Shown here: piece after piece, positions 15,334 through 16,291 of the stretch
Layout: each line of letters begins with the position of its first letter
Numbering within the stretch: the first letter of the stretch is position 1
NCBI GenBank assembly: GCA_040235515.1
Contig: JBECKX010000061.1
Location: forward strand, 1 to 16,291
From: Candidatus Zixiibacteriota bacterium
Lineage (GTDB): Bacteria > Zixibacteria > MSB-5A5 > CAIYYT01
Length of the DNA: 16,291 bases
Direction: 5' to 3'
Program-made: the position numbers and the translations under genes
Notes under the pieces: generated by a model
The model's database searches: none
What the model saw: only the letters and a program-made list of their open reading frames with translations
Told to the model about the DNA's origin: nothing

Positions 15334-15504
15334 GATTTTCCTGTACAGGATATCTACAGTTTAAGGCTCGCGAATGCAATAGAAGAGTTTTCCGGGCTGA
15401 TTGGATGTTCGGCAAGCAACAAGCCTATTCTTTAAACGGGTCAAAGTCGAGCTTGTTCAAGCCAAAGTTGCAGGCAGGGGAGTTGTTTCTCCTGAGGTCG
15501 CTGC

Positions 15505-15990
15505 TCAGAGGGACTTGATTCGCTTGATAATCTCTGAAGAGGAGAGCCCCGGCACCAGCTTCATTCGAACAACCCTGCCGCCGTGCTTCCGGACAAAGTC
15601 GGCGCCAACGATTTCATGCAGTGCGTAGTCGGCGCCTTTTACCAGGACGTCTGGCTTGATCAGGGTTATCAATTGTGCCGGTGTTTGCTCCGTCAGCGGC
15701 ACAACGAAGTCGACACACTCCAGCGCCGCCAGCAATCTGGCCCGATGGCGGTAGGCGATAATCGGTCGTTTGTCACCCTTGTTGCTCTTGACGGAGGCGT
15801 CGGTATTCAACCCGACAATAAGGAGGTCGCCGAGCCGGGCGGCTTTTTCCAGGTAGTCGACGTGCCCCGCGTGCAACAGATCAAACACGCCATTGGTAAA
15901 GACAACCTTCCGGCGCGAACGCGACAGCTTGTGGGCAAACTCTTTGAGCCGTCCCCGCGCGATTATCTTCCCGCTGCCGCTCCGCTTCAT
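15505..15990 (-). CDS. rfaE2: D-glycero-beta-D-manno-heptose 1-phosphate adenylyltransferase
   Basis: 'VVFTNGVFDLLHAGH', 'VGLNTDASV...KGDKRPI', 'PDVLVKGADY', 'G.SSS.II'. ATGA overlap with the upstream kinase gene. Confidence 0.93.
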   Translation of the reverse strand: MKRSGSGKIIARGRLKEFAHKLSRSRRKVVFTNGVFDLLHAGHVDYLEKAARLGDLLIVGLNTDASVKSNKGDKRPIIAYRHRARLLAALECVDFVVPLTEQTPAQLITLIKPDVLVKGADYALHEIVGADFVRKHGGRVVRMKLVPGLSSSEIIKRIKSL

Positions 15991-16291
15991 GAGTCTTCAT
16001 CCAACAATTCATCGAGCAGGCGCTGCTTTTCCACGTAGGCTGTGCCGATCGATTCGACGACTATCCCCGCCGCCTGGTTGGCAATGAAGGCTGCCTCCAG
16101 TTTGTTGGCTCCCGCCGAGACCATCGCGCTCAACGTGGCGATAACCGTATCCCCGGCGCCTGTGACATCGTACACTTTCTTGGCGACGGTAGGGAGATGA
16201 TTGAATGAGCGATCGTTCTCGAAGAGGGCCATCCCGCGTGGCCCAAGGGTGATCAGAATCGATTCCAGCTCCAGCTCATCGAGGAGCCGCC
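15987..16291 (-). CDS. rfaE1: D-glycero-beta-D-manno-heptose 7-phosphate kinase (PfkB family), 3' part
   Basis: Frame is open to the window edge: ...SILITLGPRGMALF...VYDVTGAGDTVIA...ANQAAGIVV..IGT. Adjacent to rfaE2. Confidence 0.9.
   Translation of the reverse strand, partial: RLLDELELESILITLGPRGMALFENDRSFNHLPTVAKKVYDVTGAGDTVIATLSAMVSAGANKLEAAFIANQAAGIVVESIGTAYVEKQRLLDELLDEDS

Noticed and set aside
15505..16291. Split rfaE1/rfaE2 as a frameshifted hldE pseudogene
   Set aside because: Separate kinase and adenylyltransferase genes are common; the ATGA overlap indicates translational coupling and the catalytic motifs are intact.

Overview
Bacterial chromosomal window from a diderm, LPS-producing organism (moderately GC-rich); almost all genes are on the minus strand. 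From right to left: split ADP-heptose genes (rfaE1 partial, rfaE2), a hypothetical lipoprotein, a PAP2 phosphatase, a secreted alpha/beta hydrolase, and pgsA-pgpA-cinA-thpR with no recA following. Next come a TetR regulator and a wHTH-SAM methyltransferase, each preceded by a copy of the same 20-bp operator palindrome (tetR appears leaderless), and a divergent spondin-domain lipoprotein. Then a probable four-gene trans-envelope operon: MMPL/RND transporter, LolA-like periplasmic protein, outer-membrane beta-barrel and a small DUF2892 membrane protein. The 355-bp gap before DUF2892 holds six REP-like hairpins showing compensatory changes and minus-strand-only G-U pairs; a separate inverted REP doublet lies downstream. 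All family calls come from motif recognition by eye; no database search was run. No rRNA, tRNA, CRISPR array or transposase was seen.
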